Of a stretch of DNA of 64,000 nucleotides, positions 1 to 9,406 are shown one piece after another. The stretch is from an uncultured Bdellovibrionales bacterium (GTDB lineage Bacteria > Patescibacteriota > Minisyncoccia > Moranbacterales > GWC2-37-73). The notes below the pieces were generated by a model, which saw only the letters and a list, made by a program, of their open reading frames with translations, was not told the origin of the DNA and did no database searches. The stretch is from assembly GCA_964484505.1 (NCBI GenBank), contig CAZAFB010000006.1:14337-78336 (forward strand), written 5' to 3'. The stretch's first letter is position 1, and the number at the start of each line of letters is the position of its first letter. The position numbers were made by a program, and so were the translations under genes.

Positions 1-543
1 AAAATCAAGAAAAGTCGAAAAATATATAAAAACCCCTGGATGGAGGTTTTTGAAGATGAAGTCATCAGACCCGATGAGAAAGATGGGATTTGCGGTATTG
101 TCAAAATATCAGACGGTGTTTGCATTCTCCCGATTGACGACAACGGTTACGTTTATTTGGTAGATCAATTTCGTTATGCCCTAGGAAAAAATGTTATTGA
201 AGTTGCAGGCGGCTCGCTTGAAAAAGGTGAAGAAACATTAGAGGCTGCCAAAAGGGAACTTCAGGAAGAAGTTGGCATATTGGCTGATGAATTCATTTCT
301 TTGGGCACAGTACGTCCGCTAACAACAATCATTAAGTCTTCATCCACTCTCTGTTTGGCTCGGAAATTGCATTTCGTCGAAGCCACTCCCGAAACAACAG
401 AAAAAATCAAAGTCCTGAAGGTTAAATTTGAAGAAGCAGTCGAAATGGTCATGGATGGCAGAATCAATCACGGACCAAGCTGCGTATTGATTTTAAAAGC
501 AAAAGAACATCTTCAATCACTCCCCCAACACATGCAACTCTGA
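1..543 (+). CDS. NUDIX hydrolase (ADP-ribose pyrophosphatase-like), probably 5'-truncated by the window edge
   Basis: Nudix box GSLEKGEETLEAAKRELQEEVG; frame is open from base 1. Confidence 0.85.
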   Translation, partial: KIKKSRKIYKNPWMEVFEDEVIRPDEKDGICGIVKISDGVCILPIDDNGYVYLVDQFRYALGKNVIEVAGGSLEKGEETLEAAKRELQEEVGILADEFISLGTVRPLTTIIKSSSTLCLARKLHFVEATPETTEKIKVLKVKFEEAVEMVMDGRINHGPSCVLILKAKEHLQSLPQHMQL

Positions 544-2316
544 AATCGCGCGGGTGAGGGCGACGTAGAGAAGGTCGCGATCAATGCGGGATTTTTCGCG
601 TGTCAGCTCATCGGCGAAATCAATATTTTCTTTGGCGCGCATCGCCGCAAAATCCATGCCCACCAAACACACCGCGTCAAACTCCACGCCTTGCGCTTCA
701 TGCATCGTCATCACATGTACTTTGTCGTTTACTGCAAAAGCTTCGCGCAATTTCAAAAGCTTGATTTCTTCCCTGGCCAACACGCCCACGCTGCCACCAT
801 CCAGATTATCAATGATTTTATTGATATAGGATATTTCTTCATCCAATGATTCACAACTCATCTCGGCAACTTCCTTGCCTTCCTTGATACCTTCCGGAAT
901 TTCAATCGCGTATCCCAAAGATTTGATATATTCCAAAATATTCTTGGTATTGCGATATACTTTTTGCAAAACTACTTTTCTTTCCCCTTCTATATTCTCA
1001 CCTATTTGTTGCCAATCACGAATCGTCCCCAGTCGCACCTGCTGCGCCGTGTCCCCAACATAGAGCATTGAGCGCGCTTTGCTGCTGATGCATGATTTAA
1101 TCAAGGAAAGTTGTTCCGGCAAATAGTTTTGAAACTCATCCATTACTGCCAAGGAATATTCCAGCGGCACAAAACCTCTCTTCTTTCTGATCAGTCCGTT
1201 TTTCATTTCAATATATTGATCTTTGATCACGCCAAGCGACTCATTGGTATTCAGATATGCTTTAAGCAAAATCACCAGATCGATGCGATCAAGTTTCTTT
1301 TCTTTCTTTTGCCTGGAAAACAATCTTTTTTGCTCCGGGCTGAAATATGGAAAATATATGTTTTCCAAAACCGCATAGGCGCTTCGCTTGGAAAACTCCC
1401 CGATTTTGGCGTGGCGCATGGCTTTGATTTTTTGAAATTCATAGGCATCTTTCTCTTTTTCGTCCGTGCCATATCTTATTGCATATTGCAAATCAAGGCT
1501 CAGGATTTGCAGCGCCCATTCGGAAAATGTGGTAATCAAAACATCGTCAATGCCAAGCTCCGGAAGTAGCTGCGAAAAATATTCTTTTGTGCCATTATCT
1601 TGTACAAACACAATAATCGAATCGCTGGCATAGATATTTGCCAAATCCGGAGATTGCACCAAATAGGCGACGCGGTGCAACGCCAACGTTGTCTTGCCGC
1701 TTCCTGCCGGGCCGGAAATCAAAAATGATCCCACGTGATGCGCGCGAATCACCTGGTCTTGCGCCTTTTCCATCTGCGCCACGATTTCCGGCAGCACAAA
1801 ACCGGTCTTGCGATTGGAAAAATATTCTTGATAGATCAACTCGCGCGCCTTGCCAACTTCTTCCGTCGCCAAAAATTTCACTTTGCCATTAACAATCATA
1901 TATTGATCCTTGCGAAGCATTTGGGCTTTTTGCATTTTGCCGTCAGGTCTTTCATATTCCACTGCCCCGGGATTTTCAAAACGCATTTGAGAAGCAGGCG
2001 TTATCCAGGAATATATTTCCTCATCGCCGAAACCGAATTTACCAAAATAGATACTCTTGGTCTCCTTTTCACCATCCCACACCACATCGCAGCGCACGAA
2101 ATATGGCGACCCTTCCAAATGCGCCAACTCTCCCAAACGCTTTTCGTTATATTGCAAAATGCGATGTTCAACCACAACATCGGCGCTACGAACCGATTTT
2201 AAATCCTGTTTCGCTTTGGAAACAAGTTGAACCAGTTTCGTTTTTTCATTCATAATCCGCTCACACACTGAAGCGACGTGCTTTCTCGCACTCTCTAAGA
2301 TTTTTTCCTTTTCCAT
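517..2316 (-). CDS. HelD-like SF1/UvrD-family ATPase (RNA polymerase recycling factor-like)
   Basis: SPYFVRCD N-terminal motif, Walker A GPAGSGKT followed by TLALHRVAYL, DEFQ, GDTAQ, YRNT, AQGVEFD, LYVALTRA; start placed at MEKEKI. Confidence 0.75.
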   Translation of the reverse strand: MEKEKILESARKHVASVCERIMNEKTKLVQLVSKAKQDLKSVRSADVVVEHRILQYNEKRLGELAHLEGSPYFVRCDVVWDGEKETKSIYFGKFGFGDEEIYSWITPASQMRFENPGAVEYERPDGKMQKAQMLRKDQYMIVNGKVKFLATEEVGKARELIYQEYFSNRKTGFVLPEIVAQMEKAQDQVIRAHHVGSFLISGPAGSGKTTLALHRVAYLVQSPDLANIYASDSIIVFVQDNGTKEYFSQLLPELGIDDVLITTFSEWALQILSLDLQYAIRYGTDEKEKDAYEFQKIKAMRHAKIGEFSKRSAYAVLENIYFPYFSPEQKRLFSRQKKEKKLDRIDLVILLKAYLNTNESLGVIKDQYIEMKNGLIRKKRGFVPLEYSLAVMDEFQNYLPEQLSLIKSCISSKARSMLYVGDTAQQVRLGTIRDWQQIGENIEGERKVVLQKVYRNTKNILEYIKSLGYAIEIPEGIKEGKEVAEMSCESLDEEISYINKIIDNLDGGSVGVLAREEIKLLKLREAFAVNDKVHVMTMHEAQGVEFDAVCLVGMDFAAMRAKENIDFADELTREKSRIDRDLLYVALTRAISELHVLGE

Positions 2317-2514
2317 ATATCTTATTTTCGGATTGCAAAAAATTAAAAATCGACCCGTTTCGGGTACAATCCGTCCCACCCGAAAAGAAGTCGATTTGAA
2401 GAAGAAAATGCGCCGAAGCGCCAAGATTTTATAACAAACCTATCATATCACATATTTTCACAATCTGTCAAGCACCCATTATTACAACCCCAGTTTCTCC
2501 AAAAACCCTTAATT

Positions 2515-3264
2515 TTACAATGCTTCAAATATAAGTGGCAGATATTCAGCACAAGGATTTGTTTTTTCAGCCAACCAAATTTCTTTGTCTTTCATATCTT
2601 TGGAAATATTTATAATCTTAGAAAGCTCCGGTTTTTCCCCTTTTTCCAAAAGACTTTTTTCGAAATCAACATAATGCTTCGTGAATTCGGAAATATTCAT
2701 AGGAATCTTTGCCCAATACACCACTCCTAAAAAGTCATGCGGGCCGCTTTCTACAATTACCCAAGGATAAAACTCGCTTATTTGATTGGAGCTGTTCACA
2801 GACAGTCCAACTTCTTCAGCCATCTCATTGGCCGCGTTCCTCTCAATATCTATAATTCGACCATCATCAAAAAGGTCTTCTCTGGTTATACCACCTCCAA
2901 TACATTGGATCCTGCCAGGCAACGCCGTACTTCCTCCCATCTCTCCAAATATTAATTCACCATCAGAAGTTTCTATCATTATTGAGGAATGCACAACTCT
3001 GCAGGCATGTTTTTCTTCAATAATTCCATTGATAGTCGCCAGATAATGAGCATAATCAGAAAGAGCTATTTCTATCAATATTTCACTTTCATTTTCCTCG
3101 ATTTTTGAAATCGTAAAAACATCGCCGCGCCTAAAGTTCTTCCCACTTTCAATCAACTCTTCCCAATATTTTTCAATTTTGAAAATCACCTCTTCCGGCA
3201 GATTAATCTTCTCACCGGAATATGATATTTTTGGTGTTTTTTTTAAGAGAGTGAGCTTGTTCAT
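2515..3264 (-). CDS. hypothetical protein with degenerate NUDIX-like fold
   Basis: 249-aa ORF; QCIGGG...NAANEMAEEVGL resembles a Nudix helix. Confidence 0.5.
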   Translation of the reverse strand: MNKLTLLKKTPKISYSGEKINLPEEVIFKIEKYWEELIESGKNFRRGDVFTISKIEENESEILIEIALSDYAHYLATINGIIEEKHACRVVHSSIMIETSDGELIFGEMGGSTALPGRIQCIGGGITREDLFDDGRIIDIERNAANEMAEEVGLSVNSSNQISEFYPWVIVESGPHDFLGVVYWAKIPMNISEFTKHYVDFEKSLLEKGEKPELSKIINISKDMKDKEIWLAEKTNPCAEYLPLIFEAL

Positions 3265-3278
3265 ATTTTTTCTATTTA

Positions 3279-4520
3279 TTATTTATTTAAAATTTTTTTA
3301 TATATCTCTTCAAATGCCTTCGTTGCAAATTCATTATAAACCAAATCGCATTTTTGGGGAGCCTCAAGAGGATACGCTTCAAATTTTCCTTTTTCATAAT
3401 AACCTTCCGGATCAATATAAACAACCACCAAACCTTTCTTGCGAGCTGCTTGATGAATTTTCCTCCTATCAGCATGCGAACCCACCACTATTAAAGACTT
3501 TGCGTTGTCGTGAAAATTAATTTTTGGAATAATATTTTCAGATTCATATTTTCTAACATAATACTCTTCAAGTCCCGCTTTTCTAATAAGACCGTCAAAA
3601 TTATTTGTTATAACAGGTCCAACTATCATTCCTTTTTTATGTAATTCTTTAATTATTTCGTGAAATTTAGTCGGTTCTGCCAGAAAACATTTCTTTTGCA
3701 TATTTGTCATTATTCTATAAGCCTCTTTCGGATTTTCAATTATATCAAATATCAAATGATCATCAGGATAACGAAAAATGGCTTTTTTCTTAATTTGATC
3801 TGTTACACAATACACTTCATGCAAATATTTCAAAGGTGGAACACCGGCCTCTATGGATGGTCCACATCCTAATTCTATTTGGGCGGGGAAAAGATCAATT
3901 ATTTTTTCTATAATATTTCCTGTAATCGGTTTTTGCTTTTTTAATTTCTGTCTAAAACCAGTTTTTAATATATACCAAGGTTTATTTTTAAAATCATCAT
4001 CAAGCGCAATCCACTCGGAGTAAACGGTTATATCCATTGAATTATATTCTTTAGGAAATAGTCTGCCTTCAGCCAAATCTGCTGGATGTTGTTTATAAAT
4101 TTTTACATCAATACGCAAATCTTCATTAACAAATTGAAGATGTTTTTTACAATTTATATTATCAACAAAATCAATCTTCCAACCATTTTGCGCACTTTCA
4201 AGCATGCAACTCTCGAGTTCATCTATCTCAGAAGAAAGTAGGCTTAAATTTATCCATAAATAACTCTCTTTAAGCACAAGATCGAATTTATGATGCTTAT
4301 TTTCTTGAATATCAAAGCAATGAAAATAATGTAACATTCTCCTCCTGCAGTCATTTGGATTTTTCCATCCGGATTCATCCTTGTTTTGTTTTTCTTGTGT
4401 TCTTCTCCAAATTCCCTCTTCCGTCCTAGGATTATGCGTTTCAGTTTCCGCATAAAAATTTTTCCACTTTTTCATTTGTTCTTCGGACAGATTCTCCAAC
4501 ACTACAAACGGAAATTTCAT
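3279..4520 (-). CDS. SIR2-like (NAD-binding) domain protein with uncharacterised N-terminal half
   Basis: LGCGPSIEAGVP, VITNNFDGLIRKAG and IVVGSH match sirtuin-fold motifs; no Zn-finger cysteines. Confidence 0.65.
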   Translation of the reverse strand: MKFPFVVLENLSEEQMKKWKNFYAETETHNPRTEEGIWRRTQEKQNKDESGWKNPNDCRRRMLHYFHCFDIQENKHHKFDLVLKESYLWINLSLLSSEIDELESCMLESAQNGWKIDFVDNINCKKHLQFVNEDLRIDVKIYKQHPADLAEGRLFPKEYNSMDITVYSEWIALDDDFKNKPWYILKTGFRQKLKKQKPITGNIIEKIIDLFPAQIELGCGPSIEAGVPPLKYLHEVYCVTDQIKKKAIFRYPDDHLIFDIIENPKEAYRIMTNMQKKCFLAEPTKFHEIIKELHKKGMIVGPVITNNFDGLIRKAGLEEYYVRKYESENIIPKINFHDNAKSLIVVGSHADRRKIHQAARKKGLVVVYIDPEGYYEKGKFEAYPLEAPQKCDLVYNEFATKAFEEIYKKILNK

Positions 4521-4598
4521 AGAAATAAACTCAAATTATAGAAAAATTATCCTTATAGCACATTACAAGCCATGTCAATATTGCTGTAAAAAAATTCG

Positions 4599-5402
4599 TT
4601 ATAATAACCCCAGCTTCTCCAAAAACCCCTTGAGTTCTCCGCCTTTGAGCGTGCGGTGTTGGCCGGGCTTGAGGCCGGCAAGTTTTATGTTCAAGATGCG
4701 TACGCGTTTGAGTGAAGTTACGCTGTAACCGAGCGCGTTACACATGCGGCGGATTTGGCGTTTTTTGCCTTCGTTCAAAATTATCGAAAAAGCGCTGGTG
4801 CGAATTTTGCGCGCTTCGCACGGACGTGTTTTATATCCGTCATCAAGCACCACACCTTTTTCCATTTTGTCGATAAATTTCTGCTCGACTTCCTTGTCGA
4901 CCGTGACCACATATTCCTTGTCATGATTGCGCTCCGGCTCCAGCAAACGACCAGTCACGCGTCCGTCATTGGTAAGCATAATCAGTCCTTCCGAATCTTT
5001 GTCTAGCCTCCCAACAGGAAACACTTTCGATTTATATTTCGAATTTGAATCTAAGTCTTTCCGCAAAGTTCCGCGTGAAGTCCGCGTAAGTCCGCGCGTA
5101 TGGGAATTTTTTAAATTCCCATACGACAATATGTCTTCAATGCTTTTTTCGTCGCCTTGCGGACTGTGCGTGATGATGCCGCGCGGCTTGTAATATGCCA
5201 AATATACAAGCTCGTTTTTTCTTTTTTGATCACCCACCACTTCCACCTTGTCATTTTCATTAACCATATCGCCCAACTTCGCTCTCTTGCCGTTAATCAA
5301 AACTTTGCCAGCCTCAAGAAGCCGGTCAGCCTCCCGCCGACTGCAAATCGCCTCATGCGCCAAATACTTATTGATTCTCGTCGGATATTTTTCTGAATTC
5401 AT
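4599..5402 (-). CDS. rRNA pseudouridine synthase (RluF/RluB family)
   Basis: N-terminal S4 domain (RINKYLA...CSRREAD), catalytic GRLDKDSEGL, EGKKRQIRRM. Confidence 0.9.
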   Translation of the reverse strand: MNSEKYPTRINKYLAHEAICSRREADRLLEAGKVLINGKRAKLGDMVNENDKVEVVGDQKRKNELVYLAYYKPRGIITHSPQGDEKSIEDILSYGNLKNSHTRGLTRTSRGTLRKDLDSNSKYKSKVFPVGRLDKDSEGLIMLTNDGRVTGRLLEPERNHDKEYVVTVDKEVEQKFIDKMEKGVVLDDGYKTRPCEARKIRTSAFSIILNEGKKRQIRRMCNALGYSVTSLKRVRILNIKLAGLKPGQHRTLKGGELKGFLEKLGLL

Positions 5403-5437
5403 AATGATATTTTTGTAAATTATCCACTAAGTGCAGC

Positions 5438-5917
5438 TTATTTTATGGAATTTAAAATAATTTCTGCCGTTTCTTTCGCAGCTTGGTTCGTATTGTCGAT
5501 GACAACCCCGAACGACGGGTTATTTATTCCGATCGAGTAGTGATATTCGATTCTCTGTTTCTCCCAATCATCCAGTTCGCGCTCTCCCCTGTTTTTTAGG
5601 ACTACTTCTTTTTCTGGATTCAACGTAAAGACAAATATATTATCATTTAGATCACCCAACTCGCCAATCATATAATCATAATTTTTCTGCGAAAACGGAT
5701 ATGGAACAATTACATTGAAACTTCTTTTAGAAAAGTTTCTGATCAACAAAATTGCATTTTCCAAATTGATCTGAATTTTCTCTTCAATAGAACTTCCTTT
5801 GATAAAATCCGAGAGGCTATCAATCTCAACGACCACCGGTCTTTCAATTTTTTCGGCCAATATTTTCGACACCGTACTCTTGCCTGAATTTATCGAACCA
5901 TTTATAAAAATTATCAT
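5438..5917 (-). CDS. P-loop nucleotide kinase-like (AAA) protein
   Basis: IIFINGSINSGKST Walker A at the N-terminus, 159 aa. Confidence 0.7.
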   Translation of the reverse strand: MIIFINGSINSGKSTVSKILAEKIERPVVVEIDSLSDFIKGSSIEEKIQINLENAILLIRNFSKRSFNVIVPYPFSQKNYDYMIGELGDLNDNIFVFTLNPEKEVVLKNRGERELDDWEKQRIEYHYSIGINNPSFGVVIDNTNQAAKETAEIILNSIK

Positions 5918-5945
5918 AACAACCCATGCTTATAAAAAATTATTT

Positions 5946-6000
5946 CACTACTATATATGCTAGAATGGTAGTGGTCACAAAATCTAGTTAAACCTTTTCC
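5946..6000. repeat. 55-bp direct repeat, copy 1 (contains a hairpin)
   Basis: cactactatatatgctagaatggtagtggtcacaaaatctagttaaaccttttcc; second copy at 6480-6534 differs at about 5 positions. Confidence 0.85.
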
Positions 6001-6362
6001 AGCATCAAAATTCTTTTTCGAAAACCACCTCTTTTGCTTGCTTTTTCTTTTTGAATCTTTCGAACAGTTTCAGCATCAAGGTTATTGAATTCCAGAATTG
6101 CATCAATCAATTCCAAAACATCTGCCACTTCCTCAGCTACATGTTCTTTTCCTTCTGCGGCTGCCAATTCGCGAGCTTCTTCCTCAACTTTTTTCATAAG
6201 GAACTTTGAATATTCGTTGTCATCCTCCAAAATTCTTGTTTTTACCTCCTTGCCAGTAAGCTTTCCCACAACTTCAGGAATATTATCCCTAACTAATTTA
6301 GGATACTCATTTTCCTTTTCCAAATTTGTTTCAAAATGTTGAAACCCTATTTCTTTTTCCAT
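5988..6362 (-). CDS. MazG-like nucleoside triphosphate pyrophosphohydrolase
   Basis: KLVRDNIPE, KKVEEEARE, EEVADVLE, KRGGF motifs. Confidence 0.8.
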   Translation of the reverse strand: MEKEIGFQHFETNLEKENEYPKLVRDNIPEVVGKLTGKEVKTRILEDDNEYSKFLMKKVEEEARELAAAEGKEHVAEEVADVLELIDAILEFNNLDAETVRKIQKEKASKRGGFRKRILMLEKV

Positions 6363-6385
6363 ATACTTTTTATCAAAAAAATAAA

Positions 6386-6478
6386 TCAATTTACGACTTC
6401 TAGCGGATAAATATCGAAAGCGACTTCTTCATATGGATGCACCGCTTTCATTTTTTCAACAACATTTTTCAAAATTGT
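6386..6478 (-). pseudogene. C-terminal remnant of a YqfO/NIF3-type small protein
   Basis: translates to TILKNVVEKMKAVHPYEEVAFDIYPLEVVN*; cut off at the repeat at 6480. Confidence 0.7.
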
Positions 6479-6479
6479 C

Positions 6480-6534
6480 CACTACCATATATGCTAGAAT
6501 GGTAGTAGTCACAAAGCCTAGTTAAACTTTTTCC
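6480..6534. repeat. 55-bp direct repeat, copy 2
   Basis: cactaccatatatgctagaatggtagtagtcacaaagcctagttaaactttttcc. Confidence 0.85.
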
Positions 6535-6645
6535 ACACACCTTCAGGAAGTCACTACACTTCCATATATTAAAATATTAATATATGGAAGTGAGTCAAGA
6601 TAAAATATTTTATGAACAAAAAAAATATATACTGAGAACAATAAT

Positions 6646-7701
6646 TTATTTTAATATGTATGACGTGGCAGGACCTTTCCCAATTTGCTTTATCGTACCG
6701 ATTTTTTTCAATCTTTGCAGATGAAATTGAGCCGTTCGCTTAGGACAACCCAAAATATCGACGACATCCGAAACCGTTATCTTACCCATCTTATCCGCAA
6801 AATCCAGAATCTTCATTTGATCGGCTTCCATATATATTTGCGAATTGATATCATCATTAACCTTCACTGTAGATAAAGACATGACCTTGTTTTTAACGCT
6901 TTCAATTTCTTCCTTGAATCCCAAGATGAAATATTTGAGCCACGGAGTAAAATCTACTTTTCTCTGTTCATATGTTTTTCCAATATTTATAGCCTTATAA
7001 TAATTCGGGCGATTTTTATTGTAGTAATCCTCAAGCGCAAATAGTCTGCGAAAATCATACCCTCGCTTATAAAGAATAAGTGTAGCCATTGCTCTGGCAG
7101 TACGTCCATTACCATCAGCAAAAGGGTGGATTGCGGCTATTTCTTGATGAACAACACCGGCAACAATTACGGGGTTAATCTCTTCTTTTTCACTTTTTCC
7201 GATCCACTCAATAAGTTCCGCACATAGAGCGGGAACTTTTTTTGCATCCGGACCTGCATACATAACTTCACTTGGAAAACCAAGCCTGCGCCTGACGACG
7301 TAGACAGGACCCTTACGATATTTTCCCGACTGTTCCTTTGGTAGTGTGTTATCGGTAACCAAACTATGAATCTTCAGCAATATTTTTTCATTAATGGGCT
7401 TTTCTTTTCGAACAACTTCATCAATATATTTCAGTGCTTTTATGTAATTTTGCACTTCAAAAATATCGCGCTGCGGCGCATCTACCTTTCTGTGTCTAAG
7501 CAAAGCATCAACTTCAAAAGTATTAAGTTGATTTCCTTCTATTGCTGTCGAGCTGTGTGACATGCGTACCAATGCCTGACGACGCAGTTTCAGCTCATTT
7601 TTAGGAAACATTCGTGCACGCTCAATAACGACCTTTATTTCCGCTATTTCGGTCAACATCTTTACAATTTTGTCGGTTAACCTATATTTTGGCTTAAACA
7701 T
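6646..7701 (-). CDS. Fic family protein with C-terminal HTH
   Basis: HPFADGNGRTAR Fic motif, SSTAIEGN, C-terminal winged-helix-like segment. Confidence 0.9.
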   Translation of the reverse strand: MFKPKYRLTDKIVKMLTEIAEIKVVIERARMFPKNELKLRRQALVRMSHSSTAIEGNQLNTFEVDALLRHRKVDAPQRDIFEVQNYIKALKYIDEVVRKEKPINEKILLKIHSLVTDNTLPKEQSGKYRKGPVYVVRRRLGFPSEVMYAGPDAKKVPALCAELIEWIGKSEKEEINPVIVAGVVHQEIAAIHPFADGNGRTARAMATLILYKRGYDFRRLFALEDYYNKNRPNYYKAINIGKTYEQRKVDFTPWLKYFILGFKEEIESVKNKVMSLSTVKVNDDINSQIYMEADQMKILDFADKMGKITVSDVVDILGCPKRTAQFHLQRLKKIGTIKQIGKGPATSYILK

Positions 7702-7870
7702 ATGCGTTTTTCATCTTATTACTACATTGGCAGTATAACATAAAAAAGATAATCGCGCAATAATCGCGCAAGATATCGCGCAAGAGTTTTCGCTTGCCGA
7801 AAGCGCCATAACCATAATGATATTACATAACTATATAAGATTGTATAAGATTATATAAGAAAAGCCGACA

Positions 7871-9256
7871 CTACTTCAAATTCTCTTCGAAATATTTTTC
7901 AAGCTGATCGATGGCGATTCTTTCTTGTTTCATCGTGTCACGATCGCGGACAGTGACAGCGCCGTCTTCAAGCGATTCAAAATCTACCGTCACGCAATAT
8001 GGCGTGCCGATTTCATCTTGCCGGCGATAACGCTTGCCCACATTGCCATTGTCATCAAACTCGCACATATATTTCTGTTTGAGCGTGTCATATATTTCGC
8101 GAGCTTTGGCGACCAACTCCGGCTTGTTCTTGAGCAGCGGAAAAACCGCAACTTTAACAGGCGCTAATTTCTTAGGTAATTTAAGAACTGTGCGTACGTC
8201 GTTTTCTCCAACTTTTTCTTCGACATACGCTTCCGTGAGTACCGCCAAGAATGTACGATCCAAACCGACCGATGTTTCCACAATCCATGGCACATATTTC
8301 TCATTAGTCTGCGGATCGCGATATGACAAATCGACGCCGGAAAATTTGGAATGCTGAGTGAGATCATAGTCGCTGCGATTGTGAATGCCTTCCAGCTCTT
8401 TGAATCCGAATGGGAATTTATATTCAATATCCCAAGCGGCCTTGGCATAAAAAACCAAATTCTCATGCTCGTGCCATTTCAGATTTTCCTCTTTGATTCC
8501 GAGATCAAGATAATATTGCCAACGCTTCACCCGCCATTGTTCATAGGTCTCCGCGGCCTGATCGGGATGCACGAAATATTGCATTTCCATCTGTTCAAAT
8601 TCACGCTTTCTGAAAATGAATTGGCGCGCCGTGATTTCATTGCGAAATGCTTTGCCGATTTGTGCGATGCCAAACGGAATTTTCACCCGCGTCGAATCAA
8701 GTACATTTTTGTAATTCACATATATTCCTTGGCATGTTTCCCCGCGAAGATATGTCGGCTCTTTCGTCCAATCACTCGTAAAGTTCCCCAAATTGGATTG
8801 CACCAGCAAATTGAATTTTTTTGCTTCGGAAAAATTTCTCTTACCACATTTCGGACATGCTATTTTGTCCCTGTTTTCAATCATCAACTGGTTGATTTGT
8901 TCTTCCGTCATTTTTTCATCCGCAAAAACTCCGATTTCTTCAAGCAAGTGATCGACGCGCGCGCGAAAGTGACATTCTTTGCATTCAGCAAGTGGATCGG
9001 AAAATCCACTGACATGCCCTGATGCTTCCCAGACTTTCGGATGCATGAAAATCGCACTGTCCAACCCGACGATATTCTCATGGTCTTGCACCATCGCTTT
9101 CCACCAAGCATCGCGGATGTTTTTTGCAAGCTCCACGCCATATGGCCCGAAATCATATACCGCTGCAAACCCGCCATAAATCTCCGATGACGGGAACACA
9201 AACCCCCTGCGCTTTGCAAGTGATACCAATTTATCCATTGTAATTTGTTCTGCCAT
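7871..9256 (-). CDS. glyS: glycine--tRNA ligase (alpha2 type)
   Basis: KRRGFVFPSSEIYGG, YLRGETCQG, FRNEIT, REFEQME, RRQDEIGTPYCVTVD. Confidence 0.97.
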   Translation of the reverse strand: MAEQITMDKLVSLAKRRGFVFPSSEIYGGFAAVYDFGPYGVELAKNIRDAWWKAMVQDHENIVGLDSAIFMHPKVWEASGHVSGFSDPLAECKECHFRARVDHLLEEIGVFADEKMTEEQINQLMIENRDKIACPKCGKRNFSEAKKFNLLVQSNLGNFTSDWTKEPTYLRGETCQGIYVNYKNVLDSTRVKIPFGIAQIGKAFRNEITARQFIFRKREFEQMEMQYFVHPDQAAETYEQWRVKRWQYYLDLGIKEENLKWHEHENLVFYAKAAWDIEYKFPFGFKELEGIHNRSDYDLTQHSKFSGVDLSYRDPQTNEKYVPWIVETSVGLDRTFLAVLTEAYVEEKVGENDVRTVLKLPKKLAPVKVAVFPLLKNKPELVAKAREIYDTLKQKYMCEFDDNGNVGKRYRRQDEIGTPYCVTVDFESLEDGAVTVRDRDTMKQERIAIDQLEKYFEENLK

Positions 9257-9406
9257 ATGTTTTTGCTTATTTTATGCCTTATTTACTCACTTAATGGTAT
9301 CTCATTGACAAGATAAGTCAAATGAATTTGCTTATACCCTGTACACATGCAAGGCAATAAAGATAAACGGATTTTGTAATAAATTATGACCTTTAGCTAA
9401 GCTAAT

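Noticed and set aside
2316-2424. Rifamycin-associated element upstream of the HelD-like gene
   Set aside because: No match to the RAE palindrome was seen, so a resistance role cannot be supported.
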